Part shown: positions 20,206-28,189 of the stretch, in pieces
Layout of the letters: each line of letters begins with the position of its first letter
Numbering within the stretch: the stretch's first letter is position 1
Assembly (NCBI GenBank): GCA_965247295.1
Contig: CBDFGQ010000008.1
Span: forward strand, 64,080-128,079
Origin: Dehalococcoidia bacterium
Lineage (GTDB): Bacteria; Chloroflexota; Dehalococcoidia; Lucifugimonadales; JAGWBF01
Direction of reading: 5' to 3'
Length of the DNA: 64,000 bases
Made by a program: the position numbers and the translations under genes
Notes under the pieces: model-generated
Seen by the model: only the letters and a program-made list of their open reading frames with translations
Database searches by the model: none
Told to the model about the DNA's origin: nothing

Positions 20206-20244
20206 GCGTCGCGTCCCACCCTTACCTATATATAGGAGGCGCCA

Positions 20245-21789
20245 ATGGCTTCGACACTGGTGAGAGGAAAGTACGTCATCTGCAAGGTCACGGGCCCCGA
20301 CTCGGCTGAGGTTGTGTCCGATGGCGCGGTGTACCAGCGGGACGGCGAGATCATTGAGGTGGGGCGTTACGATGATCTACGGGCCAAGCACCCCAGCGAG
20401 GAGGTCATCGGCTCTTCGAAGTACGTGGTTATGCCTGGGTTGGTGAACGACCATTTCCACGTAGGCCTGACTCCCTTTCAGCTTGGTGCGCCGGACCTGC
20501 CCCTGGAGATGTGGGGCCTGGCCAGGCTGGGCTGCAGACGCATCGACCCCTATCTGGACCAGCTTTATGGCGCCGTGCAGATGATCGAATCGGGGACTAC
20601 CACGGTGCAGGCCATGGTGAGCCCGGGACGGGGGGCACGGCCCATGAGTCTGGAGCACGCCGACAGGGTTGTTAAGGCTTATCTGGACTCCGGGATGCGG
20701 GCCTCCTACGCTCCTGGCGCCGTCGACCAGAACTCCCTGGTGTCGCTGGACGGAGAGGCTGCCTTCGCTTCCCAGCTGCCCGGCGACCTCGGGGAGCGCT
20801 TCAGTTCATTCATGGGACAGACCTACCGGCCAGTTGATGAACTGATGGGCAATCTGGAGCAGATCTGCTCCAAGTACGGTAACGATCGGTATGAGCGCAT
20901 CAGGATCACCATGGCCCCGAGCAACGTCCACCGCTGCTCCGACGCCCTGCTGGAGGCCTTCAGAAATATGGCCACCAAGTACAGCACGGGCATCCACATC
21001 CACCTCCAGGAGAGCGTTTACCAGAAGCTGTACGGGTTTCGTCTGTGGAACAAGACGCCCCTTCAGCACCTCCACGACCTGGGGTTTCTGGGCCCCGACG
21101 TGGTCTGCGGGCACAGCGTCTGGGTGACTGACGAGGACATCGAGGTGATGGCGGCGACGGGGACCAACGTCTGCCACAACGCCAGCTCCAATCTGAGGCT
21201 TCAGAGCGGTATTGCCCCAGTGGGGCCGCTGCTCAAGAAGGGAATCAGGATAGCCATAGGTAGCGACGAGGCGGGGCTGAACGACGACAAGGACCTGTTC
21301 CAGGAGATGCGGCTGGTGCTGAAGATACACCGGGTGCCTGGAGTGGAGAACGTGCCGCCCACGTCCTACCAGGTGTTTCAGATGGCCACGGAGAACGGCG
21401 CCTATGCCAGCTGGTTCGGGGACAAGGTGGGTACGTTGGAGCCCGGGAAGCGTGCGGACATAGTGTTACTGAACCTTGAGAACATAGAGGAGCCGTACCT
21501 CGACCCGGAGGTGTCCATTGTGGACGCGGTGGTGCACCGTGGGCGGAGCCTGGACGTGGACACGGTGTTGGTGGACGGTGAGGTGGTGATGAGGGATAGG
21601 AAGCTTACCAAGGTTGACAAGGAAGACCTGTACAAGGAGATCAAAGCTGCCCTGGACCGGCCTCTGCAACCCCAGGAGCTGGAGAGGAAGGCGCTGAGCA
21701 AAGAACTCGAACCCCACCTCAGGCGGTACTACACCGGCGCCCTCCCCCGCGACGCGACGCCCCACAGCGTCTACAATGCCCGGACCTAG
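20245..21789 (+). CDS. amidohydrolase-superfamily enzyme, paralog P4
   Basis: 514 aa with the same motifs as P1. Its 5' end and 3' two-thirds are near-identical to P3. A short block (TPFQLGAPDLPLEMWGLA) is shared with P1 instead. Confidence 0.9.
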   Translation: MASTLVRGKYVICKVTGPDSAEVVSDGAVYQRDGEIIEVGRYDDLRAKHPSEEVIGSSKYVVMPGLVNDHFHVGLTPFQLGAPDLPLEMWGLARLGCRRIDPYLDQLYGAVQMIESGTTTVQAMVSPGRGARPMSLEHADRVVKAYLDSGMRASYAPGAVDQNSLVSLDGEAAFASQLPGDLGERFSSFMGQTYRPVDELMGNLEQICSKYGNDRYERIRITMAPSNVHRCSDALLEAFRNMATKYSTGIHIHLQESVYQKLYGFRLWNKTPLQHLHDLGFLGPDVVCGHSVWVTDEDIEVMAATGTNVCHNASSNLRLQSGIAPVGPLLKKGIRIAIGSDEAGLNDDKDLFQEMRLVLKIHRVPGVENVPPTSYQVFQMATENGAYASWFGDKVGTLEPGKRADIVLLNLENIEEPYLDPEVSIVDAVVHRGRSLDVDTVLVDGEVVMRDRKLTKVDKEDLYKEIKAALDRPLQPQELERKALSKELEPHLRRYYTGALPRDATPHSVYNART

Positions 21790-21966
21790 GTCCCTAGCGA
21801 GCGGATCAAAATGGGGTGTGAAAAGGGGCTAAGCGACTTTGATGGGTATCTGAGGGCGTACCTCGGGCACAATGACCCCCGTACCTAGTCAGGAGGGGGA
21901 TAGCCGAGGGTTTTTTCAGTCCCTGCCAGGTGTAAAAGCGGTTTCCGGAAGGGACACGCAATACTG

Positions 21967-21996
21967 TTGACAGCTCAATGGCAAATGTGCTAAAGT
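21967..21996 (+). promoter_or_regulatory. candidate promoter of the SBP3 operon
   Basis: TTGACAG ... TGTG-C-TAAAGT, the same geometry as upstream of SBP1 and SBP2. Confidence 0.4.
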
Positions 21997-22048
21997 AACG
22001 CGACTTTTGACAGGGCGTATCTACCACATAGCTAAGGGAGGCGTGATC

Positions 22049-24130
22049 ATGGCTAACGGCTGGTTTCTCAAGCCCAAATGGCTCCTCTTCGTTCCCCTGC
22101 TCGCAGTGCTTGTACTTGCGATAGCGTGCGGTGACGAGGGGACACCTATCGTCATCGAGAAAGAGGTGATCGTCGAGAAAGAGGTCATCAAGGAAATACC
22201 TGTAGAGAAGCAGGTGATCGTCGAGAAAGAGGTCATTAAAGAGGTACCTAAGATCCAGATCGTGGAGAAAGAGGTCATCGTAGAGGTACCTGTAGAGAAA
22301 CAAGTGGTGGTCGAGAAAGAGGTCATCAAAGAGGTGATCAAAGAGGTACCGGTGGAGGTAGTGAAGGAAATAGAGGTTGAGAAAGAAGTGGTGGTGGTGG
22401 AGCAGGTTATCGTCACTCCCACCCCCCAGCCGAGGCTTCAGTATGTATCGCCGGTCTGGGTGAAGAATGGTAAGTATGGCGGGTCCCCCGATTTCGCCGC
22501 CGCCGGAAGCAACCCGGGCGCCATTGACCTTCACTACTCCAGCAGCTTCACCTCGGGCCTTGGCGTCCACGGGGCCAGGTTCAACAACCTGGTGATGTTC
22601 AACCCGGTCGACTCCTCGGAGGTGATCGGCGACCTGGCGGTTGGTTGGGACGTGAGCTCGGACGGCAGGACCTACACGTTCTACCTCGCCCCCAACGCCA
22701 ACTGGCACGACGGCAAGCCCGTGACCGCCGAGGATATCCGGTTCAGCATCAACAGGATAGGGGACCTCACGGCCAACAGGCCCAGGGCCGGCGCCGCGGT
22801 GAGGCCCTTCTACACCCCCGGGAACTCCAGGGCGATAGATGAGAAGACCTTCGAGATGACCCTCAAGTTCGCGTCGGCGGGCTTCATACCGTGGATGGCC
22901 TTCGACTACGCCAAGATGTACCCCAAGCACATCGTCGAGAAGCTGACCCAGGATGAGATGAACTCCTGCTACGAGTGCTACTTTGGCTCCGGGGCATGGA
23001 AGTTCGTGGAGCTTAAGCGGGACAGCCACATCATGTGGGAGAAGAACACCGACTACTTCAAAGACGGTTTGCCCTTCTGGGACGGCTACACCCAGTTCAT
23101 CATCAAGGACGACGCCAGGAGGCTGGCCTCTCTTACGACCGAGCAGGTGTTGGGGACGATGTACAACTCATCCACCCCATCATTAAGTTCCTTCCTGCAG
23201 GTGCAGGAGGACACCGGCGGCAGGGTGCTGGCCACAACATTGCCCAAGGCGTCCATTGGCGGCCTACAGCTCAATCACCTCAAGCCGCCCTTCGACGACG
23301 TCAGGGCGAGGCGTGCCGTCATGCTTGGCCTCGACCGGGTGGAGATCGCGAAGACCGTTTATAAGGCAGAGCCCTGGCAGTCCACCTTCTTCCCGCCAGG
23401 AGCCAGCGACAGGGGAACGGACTGGTACGACGCCAACATGCCCGGCTGGCGGTATGTCGACAGTGCCGGCAACATCGTGGTGGACCCGGTAAGGGTCGCG
23501 GGCGTCGTCAAGCACCCGGATGACATAGCGGAGGCGAAGCAACTGTTAATAGATGCCGGTGCTGTGGGAGCAAAGATCGAGGTGCGCACTGGATCGCCGG
23601 CGGGCTCGGTGAATGCCCAAGTTGCCGTCCTGATCGAACGGCAGATGGACGCTCTCGGTTTTGACGCGGATGCGGTCCTCACGGACATAGCCGCCTACCA
23701 CATAGAAGTGAACAAGGGCAACTTCTCCTTGGTCATCAACAGCACCTGGTTAGAGGAGTCGGACGCCAACAGCGTGCTGTTCCAGTATTACAATCCCGGC
23801 GGGGGCAGGAACACGCTGGGCTGGTCAGATCCCGTCATACTGGACGGTACCGAGGCGCAGCTCAGGGCAGCTACCCCTGCGGACCGGAAGACGATAGTGA
23901 TGGCGATGGAAGACTACCTGATGAAGGGGGAGAGCCACTTTGTGCCGTTGCATTTGGCGAGCCTGCAGGGGGCGCTAAACGTGAAGATCAGGAACTATCA
24001 CGACCGCACCCCCGGCGGAGCGTCCGTGTCCAGCAACAGCTCGTACTATCAGGAGCACCTGTGGTTGGATAACGACGCCACGGCCGCTGACGGCCTGGGC
24101 GCGGGCCATACGCTAGTGCCGCTAAAATGA
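22049..24130 (+). CDS. ABC transporter substrate-binding lipoprotein, family 5, SBP3
   Basis: I prefer the ATG at 22049 (AAGGGAGGCGTGATC-ATG). Lipobox-like LAIAC-GDEG, the longest EKEV tether of the three, and a core collinear with SBP1 (DGKPVTAEDIRFSINR, WEKNTDYFKDGLPFWDG). Confidence 0.9.
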   Translation: MANGWFLKPKWLLFVPLLAVLVLAIACGDEGTPIVIEKEVIVEKEVIKEIPVEKQVIVEKEVIKEVPKIQIVEKEVIVEVPVEKQVVVEKEVIKEVIKEVPVEVVKEIEVEKEVVVVEQVIVTPTPQPRLQYVSPVWVKNGKYGGSPDFAAAGSNPGAIDLHYSSSFTSGLGVHGARFNNLVMFNPVDSSEVIGDLAVGWDVSSDGRTYTFYLAPNANWHDGKPVTAEDIRFSINRIGDLTANRPRAGAAVRPFYTPGNSRAIDEKTFEMTLKFASAGFIPWMAFDYAKMYPKHIVEKLTQDEMNSCYECYFGSGAWKFVELKRDSHIMWEKNTDYFKDGLPFWDGYTQFIIKDDARRLASLTTEQVLGTMYNSSTPSLSSFLQVQEDTGGRVLATTLPKASIGGLQLNHLKPPFDDVRARRAVMLGLDRVEIAKTVYKAEPWQSTFFPPGASDRGTDWYDANMPGWRYVDSAGNIVVDPVRVAGVVKHPDDIAEAKQLLIDAGAVGAKIEVRTGSPAGSVNAQVAVLIERQMDALGFDADAVLTDIAAYHIEVNKGNFSLVINSTWLEESDANSVLFQYYNPGGGRNTLGWSDPVILDGTEAQLRAATPADRKTIVMAMEDYLMKGESHFVPLHLASLQGALNVKIRNYHDRTPGGASVSSNSSYYQEHLWLDNDATAADGLGAGHTLVPLK
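22145..22411 (+). repeat. in-frame (V/I)-E-K-E-V tether repeat inside SBP3 (~89 aa)
   Basis: PIVIEKEVIVEKEVIKEIPVEKQVIVEKEVIKEVPKIQIVEKEVIVEVPVEKQVVVEKEVIKEVIKEVPVEVVKEIEVEKEVVVVEQV. Confidence 0.85.
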
Positions 24131-24184
24131 TGTAGACAGTCCGGGGGACTTGAGTCTTTACCCCGGCGAGCGTAGAATAAAAGT

Positions 24185-24221
24185 GCTGGCTCTGTACAGA
24201 GGAAGCGTGTACAGAGCCAGC
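24185..24221 (+). terminator. intra-operon hairpin after SBP3 (no U tract)
   Basis: Perfect 14-bp stem GCTGGCTCTGTACA / TGTACAGAGCCAGC with a 9-nt loop. Confidence 0.5.
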
Positions 24222-24277
24222 TACTTAAATAAGGGGAATGGCCTTCTGTCTGTGGTGACCCGGCAGAAGGGGGTGTA

Positions 24278-25237
24278 GTGAGAGCGTACATCATCAAACG
24301 GATCGTCCTTTTTCCACCGACGGTGGTGATCGTTACCCTTCTCATATTCCTGATAATGTGGATCGTCCCCGGGGACGCGGCTATCATGATCCTGGCTGGG
24401 GATGAGGGGGAGAGCGGGGTCAGCCCGGAAGACCTGGCTAGACTGCGGCACGAGCTCGGCTTGGACAGGCCCGTGTACGTGCAGTATGGGGACTGGATAT
24501 GGGATATTGTGCGCGCGGACCTGGGTACGTCTATCTACTACAAGATCCCCGTCATAGACGAGCTGCAGGACAGGTTCCTGGTCACCATGCAGATGGCCAT
24601 TATGGCCATTCTGATGTCCTTTTCACTGGCCGTGCCCATCGGAGTCATCTCCGCCGTGAAGCAGGATTCCTTCATGGACTATGGTGTCCGGCTGTTCACT
24701 ATCGCCGGCATAGCGCTGCCCAGCTTCTGGGTCGGAATACTTGTGATATTTGGCCTGAGCTACGGGTTCGACTGGCTACCTCCCCTGGGATACGCATCTC
24801 TGTGGGAAGAGCCGTGGACCAACCTGCAGCAGCTCGTATTTCCGGCGATGGTTCTGGCGTTGCAGGAGCTGGCCTTTACCGCCAGGATAACCCGCTCCAC
24901 CATGCTGGAGGTCATGCGCGACGACTACATGAGGACGGCCCGGGCCAAAGGCCTGGCGGAGATGGTGGTCATTACCCGGCATGCCCTCAAGAACGCGCTG
25001 CTGCCCGTCATAACCGTGTCGGGCTGGCAGTTCGGCCGCCTCCTGGGTGGTGTGGTGATCATCGAAACCATCTTCGTGGTGCCGGGAATCGGCAGCTTCC
25101 TGATAGACGCCATCATTCACAGGGACTACACGATAATCCAGGCGATAATGCTGCTGGTGGCGGGGCTGGTCCTTGTCCTTAATCTGGTGATCGACCTCCT
25201 CTACGGTTGGTTGGACCCCAGGATCCGGTACGGCTAG
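24278..25237 (+). CDS. ABC transporter permease, DppB/OppB-like
   Basis: 319 aa, collinear with 13904-14863 (MRAYIIKRIV..., YMRTARAKGL, LDPRIRY). Confidence 0.9.
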   Translation: MRAYIIKRIVLFPPTVVIVTLLIFLIMWIVPGDAAIMILAGDEGESGVSPEDLARLRHELGLDRPVYVQYGDWIWDIVRADLGTSIYYKIPVIDELQDRFLVTMQMAIMAILMSFSLAVPIGVISAVKQDSFMDYGVRLFTIAGIALPSFWVGILVIFGLSYGFDWLPPLGYASLWEEPWTNLQQLVFPAMVLALQELAFTARITRSTMLEVMRDDYMRTARAKGLAEMVVITRHALKNALLPVITVSGWQFGRLLGGVVIIETIFVVPGIGSFLIDAIIHRDYTIIQAIMLLVAGLVLVLNLVIDLLYGWLDPRIRYG

Positions 25238-25261
25238 GCTACATTTGTAGCTGGAGTAAGC

Positions 25262-26176
25262 ATGTTTAACCAGAGAGGCGTTGCCGAAGAGGCCCTTCCC
25301 GAGATCCGGCGGGGTGGCCTCCGAGTCATGGGCCCGATACACGAGATAATCAAGTTCTCGTTGCGAAAGCCCCTGGGCGCGGTGGGCGGAGCGGGGCTAA
25401 TCTTCCTCATAATGGTTGCCCTGCTGGCGGATTTCATCTCACCTCATGATCCATACAAGGTTTACGTGGACGATGTGGAACAACCGCCCTCTAGGCAATT
25501 TCTCCTGGGCACCGATAACCTTGGCCAGGATGTGCTCAGCCGGTTATTCCATGGAGCCCGGATATCCCTGTACATCAGCGGGGTGGCCGTCCTAATAGGC
25601 ATAACGGGTGGGTTTGCCCTGGGCGTCATGACGGGCTATATGGGAGGGGTCGTTGACCTGATGTTCCAACGGCTCATTGACGCGATGATCGCCTTCCCCA
25701 GCATAATTCTTGCGCTGGCCATCATGGCTGTGCTTGGCGCCGCGCCGAAGAACGTGATCATTGCCCTGGTCTTCGTGCTCGTTCCTCCCACCGTGCGAAC
25801 CGTCAGGTCCCAGGTATTGAGTCTGAAGGAGATCGACTATGTCATGGCGGCCAGAGCCCTGGGTTGCTCGCCTATGCGCATCATGGTCCGCCATATCGTG
25901 CCAAACTGTACTGCAATATATATCATTATGGCCACCATCACTTTGGGGGGCGCGATCCTCACCGAAGCCTCCCTCAGCTTCCTGGGCATAGGCGTGCCCC
26001 CCGGTACCCCCACATGGGGCGGCATGCTGACCCTGGCTGCCCAGCAGCACATCAAGACGGCACCCTGGGTGGCCATATTCCCGGGTATCGCGATATCCAT
26101 GGTGGTGTTCTCGGTAAATATGCTGGGCGACGCCCTGCGGGACGTGCTTGACCCCCGGCTACGGGGAGCCAAGTAG
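25262..26176 (+). CDS. ABC transporter permease, DppC/OppC-like
   Basis: 304 aa, collinear with 14889-15797. C-terminal LGDALRDVLDPRLRG. Confidence 0.9.
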   Translation: MFNQRGVAEEALPEIRRGGLRVMGPIHEIIKFSLRKPLGAVGGAGLIFLIMVALLADFISPHDPYKVYVDDVEQPPSRQFLLGTDNLGQDVLSRLFHGARISLYISGVAVLIGITGGFALGVMTGYMGGVVDLMFQRLIDAMIAFPSIILALAIMAVLGAAPKNVIIALVFVLVPPTVRTVRSQVLSLKEIDYVMAARALGCSPMRIMVRHIVPNCTAIYIIMATITLGGAILTEASLSFLGIGVPPGTPTWGGMLTLAAQQHIKTAPWVAIFPGIAISMVVFSVNMLGDALRDVLDPRLRGAK

Positions 26177-26418
26177 GGATCCCCGCTGGGGCCGGTTAGG
26201 TACCTTAGTAGCAAGCACTCCTGAGAACCCCTAGCGCTGGCTGTGTGACTTCCCCTGCGAGACTGCTGCATATGACCAGTAGGGATTGGTGCCGTGATAG
26301 GTCGCTTCCCCAGATGTGCCCCTCCATCGCCGAGCTCCAGTGCTGTTATCCCAATCGAGTCGGGTTAACGTGAGGCTCAAGCTGCAGGCGATGGGGTTTT
26401 AAGGAGCCCAGGCACGCT

Positions 26419-27240
26419 ATGGGCACACTGTATGTTGTAGCTACTCCCATCGGTAACCTGGAAGATATCACCTTGCGGGCCCTGCGGGTGCTGGGAGAGG
26501 TTGACCTTATTGCCGCCGAAGATACCCGCACCACAAGGAAGCTCCTTACCAAGTACGATATCAAGACGCCCTTGACCAGCTACCACGAGCACAATAGAGG
26601 CATCAAGGTCGGCCGTTTGCTGGAAGCTCTTGAAACGAAAGACGTAGCCCTGGTCTCCGAGGCGGGAATGCCGGGCATCAGCGACCCGGGGCGCGAGCTG
26701 GTCCTGGCGGTCTCCGGCGCGGGGGTCAACGTGGTGCCAGTGCCAGGTGCCTCTGCGCTAACCACCTGTCTTGCGGCGTCTGGGCTTCCCGCCAATGGTA
26801 CCCTCTTTCTGGGGTTCCTGCCGCGACGGAAGGGAGACCGGCGGCGCCTGCTGGAGCAGCTAAAGCCTCAACCCCATACCCTTGTTGCATTCGAGGCCCC
26901 CCACAGGCTGCGTAGCTCCCTGGGGGATGTGCTGGAGGTGTTGGGGGACCGGGACATCGTCGCATGCAGGGAGCTTACCAAGGTTCACGAGGAGATTTTC
27001 CGGGGCAGCGTGTCCCAGGCCCTCTCTCATTTCATGGAACCCAGGGGAGAGTTCACACTGGCGATATCTGGGGCGTCGTCCCTACCTGCGCCGCGGGATC
27101 CGGATTGGGCCCGCCAGGAGCTGAAACGCCTAAAGGGCGAGGGTTTCAGGGCTCGGGAAGCAGTCGCTACAGTGGCGCAGGAGGCTGGCATACCCAGACG
27201 GGAGGCGTACACGCTCTGGTTGGCGATCGGCTCCGGTTGA
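26419..27240 (+). CDS. rsmI: 16S rRNA (cytidine1402-2'-O)-methyltransferase
   Basis: MGTLYVVATPIGNLEDITLRALRVLGEVDLIAAEDTRTTRKLL is the canonical RsmI N-terminus. 273 aa. Confidence 0.9.
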   Translation: MGTLYVVATPIGNLEDITLRALRVLGEVDLIAAEDTRTTRKLLTKYDIKTPLTSYHEHNRGIKVGRLLEALETKDVALVSEAGMPGISDPGRELVLAVSGAGVNVVPVPGASALTTCLAASGLPANGTLFLGFLPRRKGDRRRLLEQLKPQPHTLVAFEAPHRLRSSLGDVLEVLGDRDIVACRELTKVHEEIFRGSVSQALSHFMEPRGEFTLAISGASSLPAPRDPDWARQELKRLKGEGFRAREAVATVAQEAGIPRREAYTLWLAIGSG

Positions 27241-27390
27241 AGTCACGGTCCGGCTGCCCTGCTTTGCTGGAGGCTCGAGTCTGGCCTTGACAGCTTGTCG
27301 TATAGAGCTTAAATTACCTCGTAGTCGCTGCCTGCTAAAGAGCCGCTGGGAAAGACGGCCCTGATCCAACTACCCTTGAGGAGACACAAC

Positions 27391-28044
27391 ATGCTACTCA
27401 CCAGCGAGCGGTTCTTCCAAGGGATGACACCCCAAGAGCACATGGGCCAGATGAAGGTAAACCGTGAGCGCTTTTCCCAGGTGTTGGATGCTGTTGATAT
27501 TCCTGCCGAAGAGGTGGACTACTTCGCCGGCCTTCCATCACCCTTGCGTGTAGCGGTTCTCACCGAAGACTGGTGTGGCGACCATGTCACCACGACGCCG
27601 GTGCTGTACCGTCTGGCCGAGGCTTCAGGGAAACTGGACGTGAAGGTGTTCATGAGGGACCAGAATTGGGACCTGGCCCACGCCTTCCTGCCTCAACACC
27701 GTGTGGACACCGTCCCGGTATTCGTTTTCTTCACGGGCGAGGATATGCGGGAGATCAGCGTATTTGTCGAGACGGCCCCCGCATTGGTGCCCACGCTGGA
27801 TAGTATGGAGGAGACCATACGGAAGGGGCACCCCGAGATACCAGACATCAACGCCGACGTGAACGACATGAGCCAGAGCACTCGCGATCTTCTCCGGCAG
27901 GAACGGGGCATGTTCCGGGTCAACCATGCACGGGAGTGGGGGTGCGTCATATCCCGCGATTTTCGTGAGGTGGTGGCTGCCGGCCTGTCACGGAAGCCCG
28001 GGGAGGGCCCTGCGGAAGGTGGCACCGAGTGGCCGCCTCCCTAG
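27391..28044 (+). CDS. thioredoxin-fold protein (WCGD motif)
   Basis: ATG at 27391 after GAGGAGA. LTEDWCGDHV lies in the position of a thioredoxin-like active site. Function not assignable. Confidence 0.55.
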   Translation: MLLTSERFFQGMTPQEHMGQMKVNRERFSQVLDAVDIPAEEVDYFAGLPSPLRVAVLTEDWCGDHVTTTPVLYRLAEASGKLDVKVFMRDQNWDLAHAFLPQHRVDTVPVFVFFTGEDMREISVFVETAPALVPTLDSMEETIRKGHPEIPDINADVNDMSQSTRDLLRQERGMFRVNHAREWGCVISRDFREVVAAGLSRKPGEGPAEGGTEWPPP

Positions 28045-28189
28045 CAACCTGGTAGTCACGCTCCTCGACGGCGAAGCTCTCAGGTCTCACGGTCGGAGGG
28101 TGGTGAGTCCACGCCCCCCTCTTTCGCGTACCAAGGGAAGAAGCACGCGGAGGCATTCCAATTCCTCATCCAAGAAAAGGAACTTGCAG

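Noticed and set aside
21806-23029. A 407-aa minus-strand ORF with striking LFDHLFDDLF repeats. Similar ORFs lie at 7803-8561 and 11916-12317.
   Set aside because: The repeats are the mirror-frame translation of the EKEV tether repeats of the SBP genes. The SBP frames carry the lipobox and the conserved family-5 core.
27926-28189. An 88-codon N-terminal extension of metG in the track ORF, overlapping the thioredoxin-like gene. A GGGTGGT motif (about 28100-28106) also hints at a T-box leader.
   Set aside because: The MetRS homology starts at the ATG at 28190. The extension is Arg/Ser-rich junk. Only ~145 nt separate the genes, too short for a T-box. I could not find a Stem I, a specifier loop or a convincing terminator/antiterminator pair.
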